Source: Lingula anatina
Lineage: Eukaryota; Animalia; Brachiopoda
Assembly (NCBI GenBank): GCA_051362555.1
Contig: CM120640.1
Location: 55,034,788-55,098,787 of the forward strand
Direction: 5' to 3'
DNA length: 64,000 nt
Shown: positions 38,601-49,900 of the stretch, in pieces
Numbering within the stretch: position 1 is the first letter of the stretch
Layout of the letters: every line of letters begins with the position of its first letter
Notes under the pieces: model-generated
Told to the model about the DNA's origin: nothing
Databases searched by the model: none
Seen by the model: the letters and a program-made list of their open reading frames with translations, nothing else
Made by a program: the position numbers and the translations under genes

Positions 38601-38623
38601 TCATTTGGTAAGTAAGCCATCAT
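13028..38623 (-). CDS. PLD1: Phospholipase D1/2-family enzyme (PX-PH-HKD1-loop-HKD2), spliced, about 1696 aa
   Basis: Hand-spliced exons in transcript order: 38449-38623, 38088-38232, 37500-37628, 30990-31083, 30691-30756, 30332-30486, 29798-29947, 29454-29603, 29224-29307, 28918-28999, 25883-25996, 25342-25481, 24777-24990, 22267-24219, 21841-21926, 18582-18715, 18201-18319, 17855-17965, 17533-17643, 17202-17290, 16796-16959, 16487-16554, 15976-16107, 13769-13854, 13371-13485, 13028-13252. Total 5091 nt with consistent phases. Motifs: PX '[11 protein letters not shown]', '[13 protein letters not shown]', HKD1 '[11 protein letters not shown]', 'PRMPWHD', 'IYIENQFF', HKD2 '[22 protein letters not shown]', C-terminal 'ALWT*'. 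Likely the invertebrate co-ortholog of PLD1/PLD2. Confidence 0.96.
14777..15941. mobile_element. Non-autonomous Kolobok-like DNA transposon, copy A
   Basis: TTAA TSD, perfect 15-bp TIR GGATGTAGATAACAG (purine-purine start fits Kolobok rather than piggyBac); near-identical inverted copy at 26346-27536. Confidence 0.88.
15976..16107 (-). CDS. PLD1: PLD exon encoding the second HKD catalytic motif
   Basis: Translates [44 protein letters not shown]; canonical splice sites. Confidence 0.96.
19539..19577 (-). CDS. Candidate 39-nt alternative PLD loop exon ([12 protein letters not shown])
   Basis: Acceptor ttttctctcatctttgcag, donor gtaagt, frame-preserving in phase 2, no stop; resembles the human PLD1 loop peptide GIGKPRKFSKFS (from memory). 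Confidence 0.55.
20266..20277 (-). CDS. Candidate 12-nt PLD microexon
   Basis: tgtcttgcatcag|GTGCATAATAAG|gtaagt; multiple of 3 with no stop in phase 2. Confidence 0.3.
22267..24219 (-). CDS. PLD1: Giant 1953-nt PLD loop exon (651 aa, K/E/S/D-rich, likely disordered)
   Basis: Lies within ORF 22255-24255; acceptor ctcag|TTC, donor CTG|gtaat; phase 0 on both sides, in frame with flanking exons. Confidence 0.85.
24412..24748. mobile_element. Kolobok-like MITE (family with three copies in the window)
   Basis: TTAA TSD, 18-bp TIR AGGGATAATAACTCTTCG; relatives at 4561-4862 and 10620-10961. Confidence 0.85.
25342..25481 (-). CDS. PLD1: PLD exon encoding the first HKD catalytic motif
   Basis: Translates [47 protein letters not shown] between AG and GT splice sites. 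Confidence 0.96.
26244..27592 (+). pseudogene. Inverted copy of PLD exon 4 with flanking intron, interrupted by Kolobok copy B
   Basis: 26244-26345 joined to 27541-27592 matches the reverse complement of about 30940-31100 ([28 protein letters not shown]|RRM plus both splice sites). Confidence 0.9.
26346..27536. mobile_element. Non-autonomous Kolobok-like DNA transposon, copy B (inverted relative to A)
   Basis: TTAA TSD with the empty site recoverable from PLD exon 4; TIR GG(TA/AT)GCAATTAACAG; extra 26-bp internal tandem duplication near 26584-26635. Confidence 0.88.
27835..28870. mobile_element. Foldback/MITE element with arms of about 420 bp
   Basis: 27835-~28265 is the reverse complement of ~28425-28870; flanked by a 6-bp duplication CATTCA; explains mirrored ORFs 27832-28029 and 28676-28894. 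Confidence 0.88.
31241..31455. mobile_element. Harbinger/Tourist-like MITE
   Basis: TAA TSD; TIR GGCCCCATTCAGAATGG extending imperfectly for about 45 bp. Confidence 0.8.
33679..35097. repeat. Tandem array of about 10 x 146-bp units
   Basis: Motif aggtcaaaggtcaatttcaaggtcacagtaa recurs every 146 bp or so (for example 34115, 34261, 34407); units nearly identical. Confidence 0.95.
35348..35635. mobile_element. TA-flanked MITE with five palindromic TATCTCGAAATTTCGAGATA repeats, nested in the Helentron
   Basis: TIR cggaagccgactggtgccatatgt / acatatggcaccagtcggcttccg with TA on both sides. Confidence 0.8.
35553..37186. repeat. 817-bp tandem duplication of the Helentron end
   Basis: ORF pairs 35560/36377 and 35847/36664 are offset by 817 bp with near-identical sequence. 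Confidence 0.9.
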
Positions 38624-39214
38624 ACAAATACAAAGTAGGAAAGCGTTTTATAACTTAAGTATTCTGGATATAATGTCCATTTCGGGGAATTTCTGGATAT
38701 TACCAAGGACACATACTTCTTGAGTTCCCTTGCTCCTTATATCTTAAGTAGCCGATCGCGTCGTTGTTGGCACGGTTCGTTGTTTACTGTTCCGTCTTTC
38801 CTATGGGCCAAAAGTATGCTCCGATACTTCAACACAGTTGAATAACTAGGGCAAGCTTATGAGGGGAACCAGCGTTCGATTTTTTGTGCGAAACTCCTCG
38901 TAACATCAAACTTCTCACTTTAAACTCAGTTTTAATCCCGTCTTGCTTTTTTGGATTTTTAGTTCCGATCACAAAACTTATTCTGATTCATATTAACCTG
39001 CCACAATAAAGTTGAAAGTTTACTATTTGGGATTAATTGGCACTCAGTTCCGCGAACATGACATTCTATGAAATTTTGTAAGGCGCACATATCGTGACAG
39101 TATAAGTTCAGCGAAATTAATTATGAGGATATCCTCCCGTGACCATGACATCATTATGGGCAAACGTGTCGAGTTTTGGACTTGTGTTTGCAGTCCTAGC
39201 CTCTAGCGCTGCTG

Positions 39215-39351
39215 GGCCCCGTATCTCGAAAGCATCGAGCATCGCGACTGTGCGCAAGCGCCTCGATTCCAAAACTCGCCACATATAATACGTTGTAGCC
39301 TCTATGTGATATCGCTATTCGCAGTACGCGATGCTTTCGAGATATGGGGCC
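39215..39351. mobile_element. Harbinger-like MITE upstream of PLD
   Basis: CTG 3-bp TSD; TIR GGCCCC(G/A)TATCTCGAAAGCATCG; CpG-rich. Confidence 0.78.
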
Positions 39352-39640
39352 CTGGTCGTTAAGAATAGTTACATGCATTTTGTGCGTAATAGAAGTGGGC
39401 CTCAAAAATTTTAGAGGAACTGCCCAAATGATGCCACGTCAGATCTTATTTTCCTGGAAAGAGGCTTTCACAGTAAGAACATTTATGACATTCCCTTCAT
39501 ATTGATTAACCTAAATTATACAATGGCTCATGTGATGTAATAATTCATAAAATCTTATTCTCCTGTACTAATAAAGTTTTGCACATAAAAAAGCTCACTA
39601 ATTTTTTGTAGATTGATGAAATGTAAAATGCGCTCACTTT

Positions 39641-39646
39641 TTTATT
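39641..39646 (-). terminator. Candidate poly(A) signal of PPP6R3
   Basis: AATAAA on the minus strand about 2.5 kb after the stop codon, just before the CpG-rich PLD promoter region. Confidence 0.35.
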
Positions 39647-42103
39647 CACAAATGAAGCAAAAGAGAATCAACAATAAATAATGGGTAAATGTTTTTGTAG
39701 CATTCATTTAATTTGTCAGATTTTAATTTTATACATATTTCTACAAATTGCTCTTTTAGGTTTTATAATATTTGATAAAATAAGGCATGTACAAAAACTC
39801 CACGCACCATGTGGTTAACCAGTATTACTAACCTTATTACCAGCATTTAGTCTAAAGTAAAATTTTATAAATACAGAAGTTTTACAGGTGCTCCACTTGG
39901 GTGATATATGTTTATAATGACTTAATTACAGAAGAATAAATCTTTACATAATACACCCATAATTAAAATGTGACCAAAACTCTAACAAACAGATACTTGT
40001 ACTACTGAATTAAGACCGCCTTCGCTTTGGTAAACTCTTCACAAATGCATGAAACACCTCGTAGTTTGGCATCTGTTCTTTGATAAAACAAGCAGGTTTG
40101 TTAACCACATCCACAGCTGATATATTTATACAATTCAAAATTGAGCAGTAGCTATGAACAATTTCACCACCTGTGGAAACAACCACCAAGAAAACTTGGG
40201 ACAGTATTGCCTAGTAATTATCTATATTGTGCATATTTACAAAGTTAAGAAGCAATCATTTATGAAACTAGGCATTTCAAATTTAAGAGTTAAAGGGAAT
40301 AATTGTATTAACAGTCATGGCAGGACTGGAGACAAACTCTGAAATTGACACTAATACAAATGCTGCATAGCCTTTGTGTTCCACAGCACCTTGTTCATTA
40401 AATACTCAGAAACATTATAACTTGATTCAAGCACCTTGATAACAAAGCTTACTCAGGTATACAGGCACTTGGAGAGATAGTTTGTCTATATTTCAGCAAT
40501 ACCATTCACCAAATATGAAGCAAGTTACAATTTCCCAATGATATACCAAGGGAACGGCTTTTTAGAGAGAAATACAAGACTTGCAGCAAAACTTTTACTA
40601 CATGATGACTACAATATTGTGTATCACAGACTGACTTTTCTTCTATTCAACCACTGATCCATTTCAAATCATTTCCATATAAAATGGACTGAGATAAAAT
40701 CAAAAATAAATTACCCTTGTAAGACTGTCACAATGTAGGTACAAAGAAAATTATATTATTTTTTTCTAACAAAGCCTGGGGTATGATCTTATCTATCCAT
40801 TTCACAAGTCAAAAGATTCACAATCTTGTAAAGTACACAGGTGCTGTGATTTTGTTTCCCAATAATACATTAATCAAAGAAATTTTTTTAATAAATAAGA
40901 AGTCCTTCTTAAAGGACAAAGCATAAAAACCTTTAAGTGTGCATAGACCTATATAACATGGGACTGCACTCTTTGTTGAAGTAGATGACAGTGTGGAGTA
41001 TTCCTTTTCCAATTATTAAAGGTACTGCCTGCATTTACATAAAAATAACATTTAATACTTGCACAGACATTAAATATCAAATCCACACCGTTTAAAAATA
41101 TTTTCTCTACACCAGTGGATTTGTTTACATGGAAGATTACAGTCCATGACCTTGAAATGCAGTGATATAATCATAATGCTCTTACAAACTCCAAATGTTT
41201 TGACTGATCCAGGACAAGAAATAATTTTTAGGCAACGTGCAAATTCATAATCATACTAAATGCACTTAAGATCCACTCTGTTTTCTTATCATTGTTAAGC
41301 AGACCTAACAACAAAAATAACAATAATATTACTAAACATTTAACAGTGGTTTGGACAGACAATGTCATCAGTTCAAACATGTTCCATCTAGATCAATAAA
41401 ATTTTTCTAAATTTTTCTTGGATGCCTTGCATATTTTTTGTCCTTGATCAGTGAATGCAATGTCCTTTGAATACTGTCAGCAGCCAACATATCTGAACAT
41501 TCCTCTTCCCACTTTCCATGGAAAGGAAAAAGATCATAAGAGTCTGTTAAAACCAAAGAATTCTAAGGTAAAGTACTGACTCAAAAGCATATTGAATGTA
41601 CCACAGATCAAACCTGTTACATTAACCCATTTTTCTGAGTAACTAACAGAGATATCTGATATAGATATATATGGCTTGCTGAACTTTAAAAAAATCAAAT
41701 TAACAAATATTCAACCTACTGATGTGGGTAGATGATGTCACAAGTTCAAACAAGCTGGGTGCTTTCTCTATATCAAAAATGTTTTCTAAAATCTTCTTTG
41801 GCACCTTGTATATTTTTGTCCTTGATCAGTAAATCCAGTTTTCCATTGAATGCTGTCAGAAATCAACATGATCTAAATCTCCTCCTTCCTTTCCATGGAA
41901 GGGTACAAAGTGATCTTGTCCATTGATATTATTCTTGGAAATATAAAAGAGAGACATTAGATCTATACTGACATGGTTCATTCCTGCCCTCTTTAAAATG
42001 CCAATTAAGGAAAGCACTGGGTCTGCCCAGTCCCTTTTTCTCCCCAACCTACTGGCCTCCTAGAAGCCCAAGTTGATCTGTCATTGAGGTTATCATTTGT
42101 GTG

Positions 42104-45100
42104 TCACACTGGACCATTAGATGATGTAGAGTCTGTAGATGTTGGAGTAGAGGTGGCACTTTCATACTGTTCTAAAGCTTCCATGGCTTGAGCTCTGCAG
42201 AACAAGGTAATATGATATGAGCAAAATACAGGAGTTTCATTATTTAATGAAAATTACTTGACAATAATAACGGTTTCAGAGAACATCTACAATAAGCTAA
42301 TACTGAAAACAACAATAACAGAGTCAATCTTTGGATTTTGGCCCTTCATTGCTAAATAAATAAATAAAGAGAATAAACAATGAGAAACAAAACTCTTCCT
42401 GTACCTTGCTTTCTTTATCTTTTCACTGTCAGACTCCTCTTTTCCTTCTGTTGGTCCATTGCCCTGTATATCTGTAGTGTTTATGGTTTCCACGCTGTTT
42501 GGAAGAGAGGACTTTTTCATGAGACCTGCACCAGCCAGAAAACTGTAAGAAAACAATGTTAATTGGTTGACATATTTTTCTGTCTCAGATGACGGGAAAT
42601 GCAATCTTTCCATTCACACACTTGAAGAATGTTTAATTTTCAAAATTCACACTAAATAAACAAAGTAATCTAAATCCTGCACTCAAAAAGCAGCAAAAGG
42701 ACTTCCATGCAATCTTGAAAATCAAAAGCTCATTAATGCCTACCACCAACAAACAAGTGATTTGAAAGCAGGCACCCAGAAATATCACAAACCTTTAACT
42801 TGACTTGGTATTCTGTTGACGTGATGCCATTATATCGACCTAACTGTCATCTTACATAAGCAAGAACTGCTTCCATTTTCAAGTAATTAAACATTTGTTA
42901 AGCTCTTGTCTCATGTTAGAGTAACATATTTGTATAAGCAATTTCAGCAGGGTCATGTTAAAAGAGTAATGCAAAATTAGAGAGTAGCATACTAGATGTT
43001 TAATTAACAGAATAGTAACACCAGAGCAGGCAAAAGAGGCAGCTACAGCATAAAAAATCAATGCCACTTTGACAAAAAGTCATTATGCTTCAATTACTAT
43101 CTTTCCAATTCAATGAAACTGACACATAACAACACTAAAGAAAGACTTGACTTGCAATCTTGTTGGTTTTACAGAGGCAGAGGTAACAAGAAACGGTATA
43201 GATAGCTAGCCAGCTTGCTGAAAAGACCAGTATGAAGAAAAAAGTTCTTACTCATAACAATTCACCACCACCCTGATACCAAGCTACATGCTGGTTCTTG
43301 CCTCAAGAGCACATCACTCACTTAAAATTATCGGCTAAATCATCATCATCATCATCATCGAAGTCAAACAGGTCTTTTTCCTCAGATTCTAGGTTTTCAT
43401 CCATGCTTCCTTTCCCTTCTTTGCTGTTAATCCAAGAGATGAAACACAAGTCAGTGACACACTCACACAGCACAACCTATATGTGCACAGCAGGCCAAAG
43501 TCTTTCTAACATCTGCAGGTTACACTCTACAGTTAACAAACCTTGAACCACCATGCATGTAATGCGTACCTGCTTATCAATATTATAATTGTCGTTGTTC
43601 TTGTAAATAACCCTTGTATTCAATACTTTTGGAAGCTGTTATTTACATACACTTTATCAGGTTGTACAGACAAAACTAATATTGTGAATATGAATCATTA
43701 TGCAATTCACATGCAACACAGTAAATATGCCATGCCCTTTTGACTGCTGCTATTGTTAATGACAATTCTACTTGTATGACTAAAGGAGTCCAATACTCTA
43801 GCACACATGCTTATCACAAGTTGAGAGTGCAAACAAGAGTCAGGTCTACAGCATTAGTGGTAGTCTGAGATGTGTATTCACCTTTCCCCTGGATCTTTTG
43901 AACTGAAGGGTTGGCCTGGACTATCAGGTTGCTGCTGCACTTCATTGGAAACTACTTCCTCAGATTTTTTATCAGTTTTTGTATTTGTAGCTGCCACTGA
44001 GATCTCTGGACTACTACTTATTCCTGGGGACTGGTCACGTTTACTATCTTCAGCTAGTCTACAATTTAAGACATTTTTTTCATGGTTACAGTACTTTCTT
44101 GCAGTACTATTAAAACACTTTCAGATTACTAGCAAATGATCAACATTTAAGTAAACCTCGCATGTGCACAAAATTATTAAAAGTTGCAGTCTGTAGATTA
44201 TCCCCTGCTTCATTGTTCATTAATACATGTACAAACCTGATTTCATTCTTATCTTCTTCATTTTTATTTTCATCATTTTCTAAATTGTCATCACCCGCAT
44301 TAGTATTTTCATTGTGCTTTGCTTCTGTCATCACACTAGAGAGATCAGGAGGGGCACTGGCTGACACTACAATGGAAAGATTCTATAATCAGGCACGGGA
44401 CACATTTCTTTTTCTGTAATGTCACCAACTCCATCTACATTGAAAGCATTAAGTATCTATCTCATCCTTTTGATAATTATAATAAATGAAAACATCATAA
44501 TTATTCAGAATATCCATTTAATGTAAAGCAACCTTTTTTGATAATATTTTTTTACACTGGAATGTCTACCAGTAAACACTTACAGTAGACACGATGTCTT
44601 GCATTGGCTCCCTCAGCTGGATTTTCCTCAGTATCCATAGCTATTGGTGAACTACTCCGTGGCCCAGATTCACTACAACACATTTGAAGTGTGCAATTCA
44701 CAAAAACAGGCACCAAAATACTTTGTAAAAATTCAAAAATAAGTATTATTTCCATACTTAATTCAATCTTGGTAAAAATGACATTCATAAAAATGTAAAA
44801 TTCCCACCACTTAAAAACAGTGGGAACTTTTCAATAGCATTATGAGGAATTAATGTACCTTTTTACTTTAGTTGGTGTGAAATTGGCAAAATCTGCCCAG
44901 TTGTCATCTGCACTTTGAGATGGACTGGAGCTTCCAAATGCTGCCCAGTTATCTGTGCTACTGTTAGATGTTGTGGATGTATTGGCATTGCTAAAGTCTG
45001 CCCAATTATCTTCTTTAGCTGTGGCCCCTGCCGCATTTCCCCAGCCTGCTGGGACAGTATCCATGGCAACAGGGACTTCACCCATAGCAACATCATTAGG

Positions 45101-46888
45101 CCATGCTGCAGAGGAAAAACAATGTTAGTTATTAATGTGCACATAAATAGTGTGAAAACTTGTAATTCCAGACAAAAATGTAAGAAGGTCAACAGTTGTC
45201 CAAATGAAATATTGCGCCCATTTCATAACAGGAAAGATATCAATTTATACAATATTAACTGGATTAAGTGGAGTACCTTGGGTTTGTTTTGAACTGATGT
45301 AGCTCAAAACTTTGGTCCCAATGTTAAGACCAATTTTCAGGCCACTTTGTGAAACTGACCCTCATTAAGCAAAAACTCATTGTAAAACAAGGAGGCCACT
45401 GCAGCTACTATCATGATTTAAATGCCCTTGATAGACATGTGTGCATGCATACTGCATTACTTGTGAACATGACATGGAACGCATATTATTTTTTTTAGCC
45501 ATAAGATGATAACAGAATTACAAAACAACAATATTTGTCTTAACTCTTTTAGCTAGTTATTTTTGGGGACAAATTTCTTTTTTTGTAAAACATTTTCTTG
45601 TGTGAAAGCCAAAAAAATTAATAATAAAAAAAAATACCATCATTGGAATCAACATCCATCTTTTCAGCAACTGGAATTGATGGTGTTTGTCTTATGATTA
45701 CAGGGGAATCTAATTCTTCCTCACTAGAGCTGCTGCCTGCCTCCTCCTCCTCATCATCACTGCCCTGGCTGCTTACTCCTGTGCTACGAGTAGGAAGATT
45801 GGCTGGAAGACTGAAATTTATTCTATAGTTAGTATACAAATTTACAAAATTTTCATTTTTTTTATTAATAAATGAAAATAAAAATTGCCTAAATATTGTT
45901 CACAAGTCAACTCATGGAGTCAATTAGTCATTAATACCTAGGTTTAAGTTGTGTTGGACTTGAGAAGGTAACTTCCTTGTCCTCCCATATGTCTTCATCA
46001 CTGTCATTATCGTCAAATGGCTGGATCTTCTCATTACACACCTGTTCAAACATGGCAGCACTAGGCTGAAATAAAAATAAAATCAAGTTTATTTAAATTC
46101 AAAATGTAAAGTGGTCCATCGAAAAATTTTTATAATGAACTTTTGTTTTAACTCCCTTTAGCATATTTTCACAAATACCTTGCAAAGACATCTGAAGCTT
46201 TTTTTTATCAAAATATACACAACTGGCAAAACATTCTTTGCCTATCACATTCTATATTTACTTACATTGTCTTCACTAGCATTGATATTGAAGTCAATAC
46301 TGGATATCCTGTCTGTGAAAGGTGCACTGAAACACATAAGAAATATTACAAAATAAAAATAAAAGAATAAATCAAATCACTACACCAAAATACATCAGAT
46401 TTATCAACTGGAAGAGCCTGTACAAAATTAAATATCAAAGAATAATATTTATCATAAAAAAGCTTACATAACAATACTTTAACCAATGAAAAATAATGAA
46501 GAAATCTTCATATCCACATAAATATGTCTATCAAGATACTTTTCAATGATTTAGATGTCATTAAAAGCAATGATAACATGAAATTTTTACTTTTCATTTC
46601 AATAAAACTGCAGAATACAAAATGATGCAATTTTACTCATTTCACACACAGAAACCTTTGAGCTTGTCATATTAATTTTGGTGCAGCGTAACCGACACAA
46701 TCACACATGCAAATCCCATTAAAAAACTAGAGGATCAGAGAGGCGATACCGCCTCTGGATATTGTACCACCAGCTGGAGTAAGCGCATTCTCATGGAAAC
46801 CCCGCCCCCCAAAAATGAACACCACCACCAGTCTTGTGCTTGACAAGCTCTATAAAATGCAATAAACAAGAGTTCTCAAAATATGCAA

Positions 46889-46966
<78 letters not shown>

Positions 46967-49900
46967 CGAACAAACATAACTGTTCAAATCAAGCAGATTT
47001 TCAAATTGAGCTGTATTTTCCTAACACTGATGACTCCTGTGATTTTCTAGACAATAGGCCTATTGGTTTTCCTTGAAATGCGTTATCAGTATTGCATATT
47101 TGCTGACAAAAGAGAAAACCTTGGGACAACAGTAGGCAGATCTCTGCTAGTTTTGAAGATATGAGGGGCAAGAAAATATGCAGAGTTCAGTTTGTGGTGA
47201 AAAAGTAGGTCAAAGGTCAATTTCAAGGTCACAGTATATGACTTCCTATAGAAGTTCAATAGTAGCTATGGGCATTTCTTTGCTAATTTTGGAGATATGA
47301 AGGCCAGGAAACATGCAAAGTGCAGTTCATCATAAATAGTAGGTCAAAGGTCACAGTAAGATTGCCAGTATACGACTTCCTATTCAAGTTCAATAGTAAC
47401 TTTGGACTTATCTCTGCCAGTTTCCGAGATATAAGGGATAGAAAATTTGCAAAGTTCAGTTCATGGTGAAAAGTAGGCCAAAGGTCAATTCCAAGGTCAC
47501 AATAAGACTGCCAGTATATGACTTCCTATTAAAGTTCAATAGTAACTATGGGTGTATCTCTGCCAGTTTTGGAGATATAAGGGTTGAAAAATTTGCAAAG
47601 TTCAGTTCATGGTGAAAAGTAGGTCAAAGGTCAATTTCAAGGTCACAGTTAGATTACCAGTATATAACTTCCTATTAAAGTTCAATAGTAACTATGGGCG
47701 TATCTTTGCCAGTTTTGGATATATAAAGATCAGAAAACTTGCAAAGTGCATTACTGAAAAGTATGTCAAAGGTCAATTTCAAGGTCACAGTTAGATTACT
47801 AGTATATGACTTCCTATTCAAGTTCAATAGTAACTATGGGCATATCTTTGCCAGTTTTGGAGATATAAAGATCAGAAAACTTGCAAAGTGCAGTTCATAA
47901 TGAAAAGTAGGTCAAAGGTCAATTTCAAGGTCACAGTTAGATTACCAGTATATGACTTCCTATTCAAGTTCAATAGTAACTATGGGCGTATCTCTGCTAA
48001 TTTTGGAGTATTTCACATTTTCCCCACTGAATATTGCAATGTTGTAATATTTGATAAAGGGCAACGCCTAAGCCATATCAAAAACAAAAAATGGACACCA
48101 CCCCCAGTATTGCACTTGACAAGGTCTACAAAATGCAATAAAAAAGAGGTCTCTGGCATTTACCGTTCCAGATTTAGAGCGAGTTTTCAGTTTCAGTATC
48201 TAATGGCTGCTACTCGCGTGAAAATGCACTGATTGACCCCAAACTCTCACAGATGAAAGGAGTCCCCAATGGTAACCCCTCACTATAACAGGAGAGCTTA
48301 GGGCTGCGTAGTTTCCAAAAATTAGCACAAACAAATATTTTTTTACAGAAAATTCCCATTTTTAGAAAATTTGGGCTTGTTTGACCTTGAAAAAAAAGGT
48401 CAAAAGTCAAATCCAAGGGCATATTTGGAATCTCCACATATGACTTTTGGTCAGACTTCTGTAGTAATTTTTCCCATAATTCCTTTGGTTTGGGAGATAT
48501 TTAGCATTGAATTTTCAAAAATTTTGACATGGGTGCATTTCAACAAGCGTCACGCCCAGGCCAGTGCACCGACGGAGACAAAAAACCAGGGTGTTCAAGT
48601 TGAGATTATATGTGACCTAAATCCAAGAGATGGGGACACAGGTCCTTGCGGTCTAGGAGGAGAAGCGGTAACGGTGACTTGTTTCCGGCGCCCAACTGCG
48701 GAGCCGGCGGAGCCGCAGGAGCCGGCGGAGCCGCAAGAGCCGGCGGAGCTGTACGAGACAGGTCGGGACTAAAACCATGAGTACCGCCAGCGTACACGCT
48801 GGTGGTACTAATGATAACAAAACACATTTAATCTTTGCTTATGGGGAATTAGAGTGAGTATGTTTGCAATATACACATTTTAAAAAAATTTCATACCATG
48901 GATACTTTACAAAAGCTCAAATCATGCCTTAGACCAATGCATATATTGCAAAAACCATAAAACCAAGACCTATTTTAAATATTCAATCCTAAAACACATT
49001 TCAAGACTGATGTGATATTTTTCAGATAGCAAAGGTACAACTTCAATCTTTTTTGAATTATCATTAAATACTAACACATTGTACTCTGAAGATTAATATT
49101 TTCACAATTGCATGACACTATAATCAATGGATAAAATTTTCTGGTATGTAACGTGCTGAACTTCACAAATGAACACTGGACTGCAATAAATCTCAAGCAA
49201 CAGCCTTTGAAGAATTTTTGACAGAAAAGCTCTCAACTACCCCCCCAAAATATGCCATAAATAGCACATGCATTTTCATTTTCTTTCAACCACATTACAT
49301 CATAATATGCATACATTTCTCCATGGTCTGCAAAACTGAAAGATGCCATTATCATGCAAACCTAAGATCACTTGTGCCGGCCATAGCAATTTGTTTAAAA
49401 ACATTGTTAGACCATGAGCTTATAACCTTAATTAACTAATCAGAAAAATGAAAATCTTACAGGCCCTGCTTTACAAAAATTGCACCATAGGGCCCACAAC
49501 TTGATGGTAAACTCGACTAAAACCAGGTGAAGCACAAGAGCATTAGAGAAGAAAACACACTCAACCATACACAAACCCCCTTAAACAATTAAAGCAAAAG
49601 GTAATACTCACTCTATCCTCCCGTCTTGCTCAGCAAACTCTTCGTCATTGAAGCCAAACTGGTCAATAAAATTACTGGTCATTTGTTGCAGCTGATAATC
49701 AGAGAAGGCCTGGTGGATGAAACCAGGCACAAATAGACATAGGTATCAGGTGGCCACAACATGCAGTCATTGACAGGGATGGCCAAGTGGGGAATTCATA
49801 TAGCCATGAGAGAGTTGTGTTAGGATTTTTTATTTTTTTATTTTTTTTAAGAATCGGACATATCACTTTTCATCTGTGCCACATACACCTGTGATTATGA

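Noticed and set aside
41730-42047. In-frame TGA codons in the UTR repeat as possible selenoprotein or readthrough
   Set aside because: Frame is not kept between the duplicated copies and no SECIS-like element was recognised.
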